From: Eledone cirrhosa
Lineage: Eukaryota
Length of the DNA: 64,000 bases
Direction: 5' to 3'
Assembly: GCA_964016885.1 (NCBI GenBank)
Contig: OZ024743.1
Coordinates: forward strand, 270,010,001-270,074,000
Numbering within the stretch: the stretch's first letter is position 1; the number at the start of each line of letters is the position of its first letter. The notes beneath the pieces are model-generated. The model saw only the letters and a list, made by a program, of their open reading frames with translations. It had not been told where the DNA came from and did no database searches. A program made the translations under genes and the position numbers. Of this stretch, positions 27,261 to 39,999 are shown piece by piece.

Positions 27261-30200
27261 GTAGTGTTTGAGGTGGTGTTGATGTTAGTGGTGTTGGTAG
27301 TAGTGTTTGAGGTGGTGTTGATGTTAGTGGTGTTGGTAGTAGTGTTTGAGGTGGTGTTGATGTTAGTGGTGTTGGTAGTAGTGTTTGAGGTGGTGTTGAT
27401 GTTAGTGGTGTTGGTAGTAGTGTTTGGGGTGGTGTTGATGTTAGTGGTGTTGGTAGTAGTGTTTGAGGTGGTTTTGATGTTAGTGGTGTTGGCGGTAGTG
27501 TTTGGGGTGGTGTTGATGTTAGTGGTGTTGGTAGTAGTGTTTGAGGTGGTGTTGATGTTAGTGGTGTTGCTAGTAGTGTTTGAGGTGGTGTTGATGTTAG
27601 TGGTGTTGGTAGTAGTGTTTGAGGTGGTGTTGTTGTTAGTGGTGTTGGTAGTAGTGTTTGAGGTGGTGTTGATGTTAGTGGTATTGGTAGTAGTGTTTGA
27701 GGTGGTGTTGATGTTAGTGGTGTTGGTAGTAGTGTTTGCGGTGGTGTTGATGTTAGCGGTGTTGGTAGTAGTGTTTGAGGTGCTGTTGATGTTAGTGGTA
27801 TTGGTAGTAGTGTTTGAGGTGGTGTTGATGTTAGCGGTGTTGGTAGTAGTGTTTGATGTGGTGTTGATGTTAGTGGTATTGGGGTAGTGTTTGGAGTGGT
27901 GTTGATGTTAATGGTGTTGGTAGTAGTGTTTGAGGTGGTGTTGATGTTAGTGGTGTTGGTAGTAGTGTTTGAGGAGGTGTTGATGTTAGTGGTGTTGGTA
28001 GTAGTGTTTGAGGTGGTGTTGATGTTAGTGGTGTTGGTAGTAGTGTTTGAGGTGGTGTTGATGTTAGTGGTGTTGGTAGTAGTGTTTGAGGTGGTGTTGA
28101 CGTTATTGGTGTTGGTAGTAGTGCTTGAGTTGGTGTTGATGTTAGTGGTGTTGGTAGTAGTTTTTGGGGTGGTGTTGATGTTAGTGGTGTTGGCAGTAGT
28201 GTTTGGGGTGGTGTTGATGTTAGTGGTGTTGGTAGTAGTATTTGAGGTGGTGTTGATGTTAGTGGTGTTGGTAGTAGTGTTTGAGGTGGTGTTGGCGTTA
28301 GTGGTGTTGGTAGTAGTGTTTGAGGTGGTGTTCATGTTAGTGGTGTTGGTAGTAGTGTTTGAGGTGGTGTTGATGTTAGTGGTGTTGGTAGTAGTGTTTG
28401 ACGTGGTGTTGATGTTAGTGGTGTTGGTAGTAGTGTTTGAGCTGGTGTTGATGTTAGCGGTGTTGGTATTAGTGTTTGAGGTGGTGTTGATGTTAGTGGT
28501 GTTGGTAGTAGTGTTTGAGGTGGTGTTGACGTTAGTGGTGTTGGTAGTAGTGTTTGAGGTGGTGTTGATGTTAGTGGTGTTGGTAGTAGTGTTTGAGGTG
28601 ATGTTGATGTTAGCAGTGTTGGTAGTAGTGTTTGAGGAGGTGTTGATGTTAGTGGTGTTGGTAGTAGTGTTTGAGGTGCTGTTGATGTTAGTGGTGTTGG
28701 TAGTAGTGTTTGAGGTGGTGTTGATGTTAGCGGTGTTGGTAGTAGTGTTTGAGGTGGTGATGATGTTAGTGGTGTTGGTAGTAGTGTTTGAGGTGGTGTT
28801 GATGTTAGTGGTGCTGGTGGTAGTGTTTGAGGTGGTGTTAATGTTAGCGGTGTTGGTAGTAGTGTTTGAGGTGGTGTTGATATTAGCGGTGTTGGTAGTA
28901 GTGTTTGAGGTGGTGATGATGTTAGTGGTACTGGTAGTAATGTTTGAGGTGGTGTTGATGTTAGTGGTGTTGGTAGTAGTGTTTGAGGTGGTGTTGATGT
29001 TAGTGGTGTTGGTAGTAGTGTTTGAGGTGGTGTTGATGTTAGTGGTGTTGGTAGTAGTGTTTGAGGTGGTGTTGATGTTAGTGGTGTTGGTAGTAGTGTT
29101 TGAGGTGGTGTTGATGTTAGTGGTATTGGGGTAGTGTTTGGAGTGGTGTTGATGTTAATGGTGTTGGTAGTAGTGTTTGAGGTGGTGTTGATGTTAGTGG
29201 TGTTGGTAGTAGTGTTTGAGGAGGTGTTGATGTTAGTGGTGTTGGTAGTAGTGTTTGAGGTGGTGTTGATGTTAGTGGTGTTGGTAGTAGTGTTTGAGGT
29301 GGTGTTGACGTTAGTGTTGTTGGTAGTAGTGTTTGAAGTGGTGTTGATGTTAGTGGTGTTGGTAGTAGTGTTTGAGGAGGTGTTGATTTTAGTGGTGCTG
29401 GTAGTAGTGTTTGAGGTGGTGTTGATGTTAGTGGTGTTGGTAGTAGTGTTTGAGGTGGTGTTGATGTTAGCGGTGTTGGTAGTAGTGTTTGACGTGGTGT
29501 TGATGTTAGTGGTATTGGGGTAGTGTTTGGAGTGGTGTTGATGTTAATGGTGTTGGTAGTAGTGTTTGAGGTGGTGTTGATGTTAGTGGTGTTGGTAGTA
29601 GTGTTTGAGGTGGTGTTGATGTTAGTGGTGTTGGCAGTAGTGTTTGAGGTGGTGTTGATGTTAGTGGTGTTGGTAGTAGTGTTTGAGGTGGTGTTGATGT
29701 TAGCGGTGTTGGTAGTAGTGTTTGAGGTGGTGTTGGTAGTAGTGTTTGAGGTGGTGTTGATGTTAGTGGTGTTGGTAGTAGTGTTTGAGGTGGTGTTGAC
29801 GTTAGTGGTGTTGGTAGTAGTGTTTGAGGTGGTGTTGATGTTAGTGGTGTTGGTAGTAGTGTTTGAGGTGGTGTTGACGTTAGTGGTGTTGGTAGTAGTG
29901 TTTGAGGTGGTGTTGATGTTAGTGGTGTTGGTAGTAGTTTTTGAGGTGGTGTTGATGTTAGTGGTGTTGGTAGTAGTGTTTGAGGTGGTGTTGACGTTAT
30001 TGGTGTTGGTAGTAGTGCTTGAGTTGGTGTTGATGTTAGTGGTGTTGGTAGTAGTTTTTGGGGTGGTGTTGATGTTAGTGGTGTTGGCAGTAGTGTTTGG
30101 GGTGGTGTTGATGTTAGTGGTGTTGGTAGTAGTATTTGAGGTGGTGTTGATGTTAGTGGTGTTGGTAGTAGTGTTTGAGGTGGTGTTGACGTTAGTGGTG

Positions 30201-33200
30201 TTGGTAGTAGTGTTTGAGGTGGTGTTCATGTTAGTGGTGTTGGTAGTAGTGTTTGAGGTGGTGTTGATGTTAGTGGTGTTGGTAGTAGTGTTTGACGTGG
30301 TGTTGATGTTAGTGGTGTTGGTAGTAGTGTTTGAGCTGGTGTTGATGTTAGCGGTGTTGGTATTAGTGTTTGAGGTGGTGTTGATGTTAGTGGTGTTGGT
30401 AGTAGTGTTTGAGGTGGTGTTGACGTTAGTGGTGTTGGTAGTAGTGTTTGAGGTGGTGTTGATGTTAGTGGTGTTGGTAGTAGTGTTTGAGGTGATGTTG
30501 ATGTTAGCAGTGTTGGTAGTAGTGTTTGAGGAGGTGTTGATGTTAGTGGTGTTGGTAGTAGTGTTTGAGGTGCTGTTGATGTTAGTGGTGTTGGTAGTAG
30601 TGTTTGAGGTGGTGTTGATGTTAGCGGTGTTGGTAGTAGTGTTTGAGGTGGTGATGATGTTAGTGGTGTTGGTAGTAGTGTTTGAGGTGGTGTTGATGTT
30701 AGTGGTGCTGGTGGTAGTGTTTGAGGTGGTGTTAATGTTAGCGGTGTTGGTAGTAGTGTTTGAGGTGGTGTTGATATTAGCGGTGTTGGTAGTAGTGTTT
30801 GAGGTGGTGATGATGTTAGTGGTACTGGTAGTAATGTTTGAGGTGGTGTTGATGTTAGTGGTGTTGGTAGTAGTGTTTGAGGTGGTGTTGATGTTAGTGG
30901 TGTTGGTAGTAGTGTTTGAGGTGGTGTTGATGTTAGTGGTGTTGGTAGTAGTGTTTGAGGTGGTGTTGATGTTAGTGGTGTTGGTAGTAGTGTTTGAGGT
31001 GGTGTTGATGTTAGTGGTATTGGGGTAGTGTTTGGAGTGGTGTTGATGTTAATGGTGTTGGTAGTAGTGTTTGAGGTGGTGTTGATGTTAGTGGTGTTGG
31101 TAGTAGTGTTTGAGGAGGTGTTGATGTTAGTGGTGTTGGTAGTAGTGTTTGAGGTGGTGTTGATGTTAGTGGTGTTGGTAGTAGTGTTTGAGGTGGTGTT
31201 GACGTTAGTGGTGTTGGTAGTAGTGTTTGAGGTGGTGTTGATGTTAGTGGTGTTGGTAGTAGTGTTTGAGGAGGTGTTGATTTTAGTGGTGCTGGTAGTA
31301 GTGTTTGAGGTGGTGTTGATGTTAGTGGTGTTGGTAGTAGTGTTTGAGGTGGTGTTGATGTTAGCGGTGTTGGTAGTAGTGTTTGACGTGGTGTTGATGT
31401 TAGTGGTATTGGGGTAGTGTTTGGAGTGGTGTTGATGTTAATGGTGTTGGTAGTAGTGTTTGAGGTGGTGTTGATGTTAGTGGTGTTGGTAGTAGTGTTT
31501 GAGGTGGTGTTGATGTTAGTGGTGTTGGCAGTAGTGTTTGAGGTGGTGTTGATGTTAGTGGTGTTGGTAGTAGTGTTTTAGGTGGTGTTGATGTTAGCGG
31601 TGTTGGTAGTAGTGTTTGAGGTGGTGTTGGTAGTAGTGTTTGAGGTGGTGTTGATGTTAGTGGTGTTGGTAGTAGTGTTTGAGGTGGTGTTGACGTTAGT
31701 GGTGTTGGTAGTAGTGTTTGAGGTGGTGTTGATGTTAGTGGTGTTGGTAGTAGTGTTTGAGGTGGTGTTGATGTTAGTGGAGTTGGGGGTAGTGTTTGAG
31801 GTGGTGTTGATGTTAGCGGTGTTGGTAGTAGTGTTTGAGGTGGTGTTGACGTTAGTGGTGTTGGTAGTAGTGTTTGAGGTGGTGTTGATGTTAGTGGTGT
31901 TGGTAGTAGTGTTTGAGGTGGTGTTGATGTTAGTGGAGTTGGGGGTAGTGTTTGAGGTGGTGTTGATGTTAGTGGTGTTGGTAGTAGTGTTTGAGGTGGT
32001 GTTGATGTTAGTGGTGTTGGTAGTAGTGTTTGAGGTGGTGTTGATGTTAGTGGTGTTGGTAGTAGTGTTTGAGGTGGTGTTGATGTTAGTGGTGTTGGTA
32101 GTAGTGTTTGAGGTGGTGTTGATGTTAGTGGTGTTGGTAGTAGTGTTTGAGGTGGTGTTGATGTTAGCGGTGTTGGTAGTAGTGTTTGAGGTGGTGTTGA
32201 CGTTAGTGGTGTTGGTAGTAGTGTTTGAGGTGGTGTTGATGTTAGTGGTGTTGGTAGTAGTGTTTGAGGTGGTGTTGATGTTAGTGGAGTTGGGGGTAGT
32301 GTTTGAGGTGGTGTTGATGTTAGTGGTGTTCGTAGTAGTGTTTGAGGTGGTGTTGATGTTAGTGGTGTTGGTAGTAGTGTTTGAGGTGGTGTTGATGTTA
32401 GCGGTGTTGGTAGTAGTGTTTGAGGTGGTGTTGGTAGTAGTGTTTGAGGTGGTGTTGATATTAGCGGTGTTGGTAGTAGTGCTTGAGGTGGTGTTGATGT
32501 AAGTGGTGTTGGTAGTAGTGTTTGAGGTGGTGTTGATGTTAGTGGTGTTGGTAGTAGTGTTTGAGGTGGTGTTGATGTTAGTGGTGTTGGTAGTAGTGTT
32601 TGAGGTGGTGTTGATGTTAGTGGTGTTGGTAGTAGTGTTTGAGGTGGTGTTGATGTTAGTGGTGTTGGTAGTAGTGTTTGGGGTGGTGTTGATGTTAGTG
32701 GTGTTGGTAGTAGTGTTTGAGGTGGTTTTGATGTTAGTGGTGTTGGCGGTAGTGTTTGGGGTGGTGTTGATGTTAGTGGTGTTGGTAGTAGTGTTTGAGG
32801 TGGTGTTGATGTTAGTGGTGTTGCTAGTAGTGTTTGAGGTGGTGTTGATGTTAGTGGTGTTGGTAGTAGTGTTTGAGGTGGTGTTGTTGTTAGTGGTGTT
32901 GGTAGTAGTGTTTGAGGTGGTGTTGATGTTAGTGGTATTGGTAGTAGTGTTTGAGGTGGTGTTGATGTTAGTGGTGTTGGTAGTAGTGTTTGCGGTGGTG
33001 TTGATGTTAGCGGTGTTGGTAGTAGTGTTTGAGGTGCTGTTGATGTTAGTGGTATTGGTAGTAGTGTTTGAGGTGGTGTTGATGTTAGCGGTGTTGGTAG
33101 TAGTGTTTGATGTGGTGTTGATGTTAGTGGTATTGGGGTAGTGTTTGGAGTGGTGTTGATGTTAATGGTGTTGGTAGTAGTGTTTGAGGTGGTGTTGATG

Positions 33201-36200
33201 TTAGTGGTGTTGGTAGTAGTGTTTGAGGAGGTGTTGATGTTAGTGGTGTTGGTAGTAGTGTTTGAGGTGGTGTTGATGTTAGTGGTGTTGGTAGTAGTGT
33301 TTGAGGTGGTGTTGATGTTAGTGGTGTTGGTAGTAGTGTTTGAGGTGGTGTTGACGTTATTGGTGTTGGTAGTAGTGCTTGAGTTGGTGTTGATGTTAGT
33401 GGTGTTGGTAGTAGTTTTTGGGGTGGTGTTGATGTTAGTGGTGTTGGCAGTAGTGTTTGGGGTGGTGTTGATGTTAGTGGTGTTGGTAGTAGTATTTGAG
33501 GTGGTGTTGATGTTAGTGGTGTTGGTAGTAGTGTTTGAGGTGGTGTTGGCGTTAGTGGTGTTGGTAGTAGTGTTTGAGGTGGTGTTCATGTTAGTGGTGT
33601 TGGTAGTAGTGTTTGAGGTGGTGTTGATGTTAGTGGTGTTGGTAGTAGTGTTTGACGTGGTGTTGATGTTAGTGGTGTTGGTAGTAGTGTTTGAGCTGGT
33701 GTTGATGTTAGCGGTGTTGGTATTAGTGTTTGAGGTGGTGTTGATGTTAGTGGTGTTGGTAGTAGTGTTTGAGGTGGTGTTGACGTTAGTGGTGTTGGTA
33801 GTAGTGTTTGAGGTGGTGTTGATGTTAGTGGTGTTGGTAGTAGTGTTTGAGGTGATGTTGATGTTAGCAGTGTTGGTAGTAGTGTTTGAGGAGGTGTTGA
33901 TGTTAGTGGTGTTGGTAGTAGTGTTTGAGGTGCTGTTGATGTTAGTGGTGTTGGTAGTAGTGTTTGGGGTGGTGTTGATGTTAGCGGTGTTGGTAGTAGT
34001 GTTTGAGGTGGTGATGATGTTAGTGGTGTTGGTAGTAGTGTTTGAGGTGGTGTTGATGTTAGTGGTGCTGGTGGTAGTGTTTGAGGTGGTGTTAATGTTA
34101 GCGGTGTTGGTAGTAGTGTTTGAGGTGGTGTTGATATTAGCGGTGTTGGTAGTAGTGTTTGAGGTGGTGATGATGTTAGTGGTACTGGTAGTAATGTTTG
34201 AGGTGGTGTTGATGTTAGTGGTGTTGGTAGTAGTGTTTGAGGTGGTGTTGATGTTAGTGGTGTTGGTAGTAGTGTTTGAGGTGGTGTTGATGTTAGTGGT
34301 GTTGGTAGTAGTGTTTGAGGTGGTGTTGATGTTAGTGGTGTTGGTAGTAGTGTTTGAGGTGGTGTTGATGTTAGTGGTATTGGGGTAGTGTTTGGAGTGG
34401 TGTTGATGTTAATGGTGTTGGTAGTAGTGTTTGAGGTGGTGTTGATGTTAGTGGTGTTGGTAGTAGTGTTTGAGGAGGTGTTGATGTTAGTGGTGTTGGT
34501 AGTAGTGTTTGAGGTGGTGTTGATGTTAGTGGTGTTGGTAGTAGTGTTTGAGGTGGTGTTGACGTTAGTGGTGTTGGTAGTAGTGTTTGAGGTGGTGTTG
34601 ATGTTAGTGGTGTTGGTAGTAGTGTTTGAGGAGGTGTTGATTTTAGTGGTGCTGGTAGTAGTGTTTGAGGTGGTGTTGATGTTAGTGGTGTTGGTAGTAG
34701 TGTTTGAGGTGGTGTTGATGTTAGCGGTGTTGGTAGTAGTGTTTGACGTGGTGTTGATGTTAGTGGTATTGGGGTAGTGTTTGGAGTGGTGTTGATGTTA
34801 ATGGTGTTGGTAGTAGTGTTTGAGGTGGTGTTGATGTTAGTGGTGTTGGTAGTAGTGTTTGAGGTGGTGTTGATGTTAGTGGTGTTGGCAGTAGTGTTTG
34901 AGGTGGTGTTGATGTTAGTGGTGTTGGTAGTAGTGTTTGAGGTGGTGTTGATGTTAGCGGTGTTGGTAGTAGTGTTTGAGGTGGTGTTGGTAGTAGTGTT
35001 TGAGGTGGTGTTGATGTTAGTGGTGTTGGTAGTAGTGTTTGAGGTGGTGTTGACGTTAGTGGTGTTGGTAGTAGTGTTTGAGGTGGTGTTGATGTTAGTG
35101 GTGTTGGTAGTAGTGTTTGAGGTGGTGTTGACGTTAGTGGTGTTGGTAGTAGTGTTTGAGGTGGTGTTGATGTTAGTGGTGTTGGTAGTAGTTTTTGAGG
35201 TGGTGTTGATGTTAGTGGTGTTGGTAGTAGTGTTTGAGGTGGTGTTGACGTTATTGGTGTTGGTAGTAGTGCTTGAGTTGGTGTTGATGTTAGTGGTGTT
35301 GGTAGTAGTTTTTGGGGTGGTGTTGATGTTAGTGGTGTTGGCAGTAGTGTTTGGGGTGGTGTTGATGTTAGTGGTGTTGGTAGTAGTATTTGAGGTGGTG
35401 TTGATGTTAGTGGTGTTGGTAGTAGTGTTTGAGGTGGTGTTGACGTTAGTGGTGTTGGTAGTAGTGTTTGAGGTGGTGTTCATGTTAGTGGTGTTGGTAG
35501 TAGTGTTTGAGGTGGTGTTGATGTTAGTGGTGTTGGTAGTAGTGTTTGACGTGGTGTTGATGTTAGTGGTGTTGGTAGTAGTGTTTGAGCTGGTGTTGAT
35601 GTTAGCGGTGTTGGTATTAGTGTTTGAGGTGGTGTTGATGTTAGTGGTGTTGGTAGTAGTGTTTGAGGTGGTGTTGACGTTAGTGGTGTTGGTAGTAGTG
35701 TTTGAGGTGGTGTTGATGTTAGTGGTGTTGGTAGTAGTGTTTGAGGTGATGTTGATGTTAGCAGTGTTGGTAGTAGTGTTTGAGGAGGTGTTGATGTTAG
35801 TGGTGTTGGTAGTAGTGTTTGAGGTGCTGTTGATGTTAGTGGTGTTGGTAGTAGTGTTTGAGGTGGTGTTGATGTTAGCGGTGTTGGTAGTAGTGTTTGA
35901 GGTGGTGATGATGTTAGTGGTGTTGGTAGTAGTGTTTGAGGTGGTGTTGATGTTAGTGGTGCTGGTGGTAGTGTTTGAGGTGGTGTTAATGTTAGCGGTG
36001 TTGGTAGTAGTGTTTGAGGTGGTGTTGATATTAGCGGTGTTGGTAGTAGTGTTTGAGGTGGTGATGATGTTAGTGGTACTGGTAGTAATGTTTGAGGTGG
36101 TGTTGATGTTAGTGGTGTTGGTAGTAGTGTTTGAGGTGGTGTTGATGTTAGTGGTGTTGGTAGTAGTGTTTGAGGTGGTGTTGATGTTAGTGGTGTTGGT

Positions 36201-37015
36201 AGTAGTGTTTGAGGTGGTGTTGATGTTAGTGGTGTTGGTAGTAGTGTTTGAGGTGGTGTTGATGTTAGTGGTATTGGGGTAGTGTTTGGAGTGGTGTTGA
36301 TGTTAATGGTGTTGGTAGTAGTGTTTGAGGTGGTGTTGATGTTAGTGGTGTTGGTAGTAGTGTTTGAGGAGGTGTTGATGTTAGTGGTGTTGGTAGTAGT
36401 GTTTGAGGTGGTGTTGATGTTAGTGGTGTTGGTAGTAGTGTTTGAGGTGGTGTTGACGTTAGTGGTGTTGGTAGTAGTGTTTGAGGTGGTGTTGATGTTA
36501 GTGGTGTTGGTAGTAGTGTTTGAGGAGGTGTTGATTTTAGTGGTGCTGGTAGTAGTGTTTGAGGTGGTGTTGATGTTAGTGGTGTTGGTAGTAGTGTTTG
36601 AGGTGGTGTTGATGTTAGCGGTGTTGGTAGTAGTGTTTGACGTGGTGTTGATGTTAGTGGTATTGGGGTAGTGTTTGGAGTGGTGTTGATGTTAATGGTG
36701 TTGGTAGTAGTGTTTGAGGTGGTGTTGATGTTAGTGGTGTTGGTAGTAGTGTTTGAGGTGGTGTTGATGTTAGTGGTGTTGGCAGTAGTGTTTGAGGTGG
36801 TGTTGATGTTAGTGGTGTTGGTAGTAGTGTTTTAGGTGGTGTTGATGTTAGCGGTGTTGGTAGTAGTGTTTGAGGTGGTGTTGGTAGTAGTGTTTGAGGT
36901 GGTGTTGATGTTAGTGGTGTTGGTAGTAGTGTTTGAGGTGGTGTTGACGTTAGTGGTGTTGGTAGTAGTGTTTGAGGTGGTGTTGATGTTAGTGGTGTTG
37001 GTAGTAGTGTTTGAG
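26730..37015. repeat. Near-perfect duplication with 5254-bp offset (136 monomers)
   Basis: ORF boundaries pair at exactly 5254: 27249/32503, 27887/33141, 29134/34388, 29523/34777, 31028/36282 and 31417/36671. The rare tttagg variant lies at 31580/36834. 5254 = 128x39 + 5x38 + 3x24. Confidence 0.95.
28050..31765. repeat. Nested tandem duplication with 1894-bp period (49 monomers), repeated at about 33304-37020
   Basis: Markers pair at 1894: gacgttattgg 28101/29995, ttcatg 28335/30229, 38-bp units 29134/31028 and 29523/31417. 1894 = 46x39 + 2x38 + 24. Confidence 0.93.
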
Positions 37016-39999
37016 GTGGTGTTGACGTTAGTGGTGTTGGTAGTAGTGTTTGAGGTGGTGTTGATGTTAGTGGTGTTGGTAGTAGTGTTTGAGGTGGTGT
37101 TGATGTTAGCAGTGTTGGTAGTAGTGTTTGAGGAGGTGTTGATGTTAGTGGTGTTGGTAGTAGTGTTTGAGGTGGTGTTGATGTTAGTGGTGTTGGTAGT
37201 AGTGTTTGAGGTGGTGTTGACGTTAGTGGTGTTGGTAGTAGTGTTTGAGGTGGTGTTGATGTTAGTGGTGTTGGTAGTAGTGTTTGAGGTGGTGTTGATG
37301 TTAGTGGAGTTGGGGGTAGTGTTTGAGGTGGTGTTGATGTTAGTGGTGTTCGTAGTAGTGTTTGAGGTGGTGTTGATGTTAGTGGTGTTGGTAGTAGTGT
37401 TTGTGGTGGTGTTGATGTTAGCGGTGTTGGTAGTAGTGTTTGAGGTGGTGTTGGTAGTAGTGTTTGAGGTGGTGTTGATATTAGCGGTGTTGGTAGTAGT
37501 GCTTGAGGTGGTGTTGATGTAAGTGGTGTTGGTAGTAGTGTTTGAGGTGGTGTTGATGTTAGTGGTGTTGGTAGTAGTGTTTGAGGTGGTGTTGATGTTA
37601 GTGGTGTTGGTAGTAGTGTTTGAGGTGATGTTGATGTTAGTGGTGTTGGTAGTAGTGTTTGAGGTGATGTTGATGTTAGTGGTGTTGGTAGTAGTGTTTG
37701 AGGTGGTGTTGATGTTAGTGGTGTTGGTAGTAGTGTTTGGGGTGGTGTTGATGTTAGTGGTGTTGGTAGTAGTGTTTGAGGTGGTTTTGATGTTAGTGGT
37801 GTTGGCGGTAGTGTTTGAGGTGGTGTTGATGTTAGTGGTGTTGGTAGTAGTGTTTGAGGTGGTGTTGATGTTAGTGGTGTTGCTAGTAGTGTTTGAGGTG
37901 GTGTTGATGTTAGTGGTGTTGGTAGTAGTGTTTGAGGTGGTGTTGTTGTTAGTGGTGTTGGTAGTAGTGTTTGAGGTGGTGTTGATGTTAGTGGTATTGG
38001 TAGTAGTGTTTGAGGTGGTGTTGATGTTAGTGGTGTTGGTAGTAGTGTTTGCGGTGGTGTTGATGTTAGCGGTGTTGGCAGTAGTGTTTGAGGTGCTGTT
38101 GATGTTAGTGGTATTGGTAGTAGTGTTTGAGGTGGTGTTGATGTTAGCGGTGTTGGTAGTAGTGTTTGATGTGGTGTTCATGTTAGTGGTATTGGGGTAG
38201 TGTTTGGAGTGGTGTTGATGTTAATGGTGTTGGTAGTAGTGTTTGAGGTGGTGTTGATGTTAGTGGTGTTGGTAGTAGTGTTTGAGGAGGTGTTGATGTT
38301 AGTGGTGTTGGTAGTAGTGTTTGAGGTGGTGTTGATGTTAGTGGTGTTGGTAGTAGTGTTTGAGGTGGTGTTGATGTTAGTGGTGTTGGTAGTAGTGTTT
38401 GAGGTGGTGTTGACGTTATTGGTGTTGGTAGTAGTGCTTGAGTTGGTGTTGATGTTAGTGGTGTTGGTAGTAGTTTTTGGGGTGGTGTTGATGTTAGTGG
38501 TGTTGGCAGTAGTGTTTGGGGTGGTGTTGATGTTAGTGGTGTTGGTAGTAGTGTTTGAGGTGGTGTTGACGTTAGTGGTGTTGGTAGTAGTGTTTGAGGT
38601 GGTGTTCATGTTAGTGGTGTTGGTAGTAGTGTTTGAGGTGGTGTTGATGTTAGTGGTGTTGGTAGTAGTGTTTGACGTGGTGTTGATGTTAGTGGTGTTG
38701 GTAGTAGTGTTTGAGCTGGTGTTGATGTTAGCGGTGTTGGTAGTAGTGTTTGAGGTGGTGTTGATGTTAGTGGTGTTGGTAGTAGTGTTTGAGGTGGTGT
38801 TGACGTTAGTGGTGTTGGTAGTAGTGTTTGAGGTGGTGTTGATGTTAGTGGTGTTGGTAGTAGTGTTTGAGGTGGTGTTGATGTTACCAGTGTTGGTAGT
38901 AGTGTTTGAGGAGGTGTTGATGTTAGTGGTGTTGGTAGTAGTGTTTGAGGTGGTGTTGATGTTAGTGGTGTTGGTAGTAGTGTTTGAGGTGGTGTTGACG
39001 TTAGTGGTGTTGGTAGTAGTGTTTGAGGTGGTGTTGATGTTAGTGGTGTTGGTAGTAGTGTTTGAGGTGGTGTTGATGTTAGTGGAGTTGGGGGTAGTGT
39101 TTGAGGTGGTGTTGATGTTAGTGGTGTTCGTAGTAGTGTTTGAGGTGGTGTTGATGTTAGTGGTGTTGGTAGTAGTGTTTGAGGTGGTATTGATGTTAGC
39201 GGTGTTGGTAGTAGTGATTGAGGTGGTGTTGGTAGTAGTGTTTGAGGTGGTGTTGATATTAGCGGTGTTGGTAGTAGTGCTTGAGGTGGTGTTGATGTAA
39301 GTGGTGTTGGTAGTAGTGTTTGAGGTGGTGTTGATGTAGTGGTGTTGGTAGTAGTGTTTGAGGTGGTGTTGATGTTAGTGGTGTTGGTAGTAGTGTTTGA
39401 GGTGGTGTTGATGTTAGTGGTGTTGGTAGTAGTGTTTGAGGTGGTGTTGATGTTAGTGGTGTTGGTAGTAGTGTTTGAGGTGGTGTTGTTGTTAGTGGTG
39501 TTGGTAGTAGTGTTTGAGGTGGTGTTGATGTTAGTGGTATTGGTAGTAGTGTTTGAGGTGGTGTTGATGTTAGTGGTGTTGGTAGTAGTGTTTGCGGTGG
39601 TGTTGATGTTAGCGGTGTTGGTAGTAGTGTTTGAGGTGCTGTTGATGTTAGTGGTATTGGTAGTAGTGTTTGAGGTGGTGTTGATGTTAGCGGTGTTGGT
39701 AGTAGTGTTTGATGTGGTGTTGATGTTAGTGGTATTGGGGTAGTGTTTGGAGTGGTGTTGATGTTAATGGTGTTGGTAGTAGTGTTTGAGGTGGTGTTGA
39801 TGTTAGTGGTGTTGGTAGTAGTGTTTGAGGAGGTGTTGATGTTAGTGGTGTTGGTAGTAGTGTTTGAGGTGGTGTTGATGTTAGTGGTGTTGGTAGTAGT
39901 GTTTGACGTGGTGTTGATGTTAGTGGTGTTGGTAGTAGTGTTTGAGGTGGTGTTGATGTTAGTGGTGTTGGTAGTAGTATTTGAGGTGGTGTTGATGTT

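Noticed and set aside
28813-35968. E. coli Chi sequence GCTGGTGG at about 28813, 30707, 34067 and 35961
   Set aside because: It is one two-substitution variant copied by the 1894/5254 duplications. It is expected by chance in GGTGG-rich DNA, and nothing indicates a bacterial origin.
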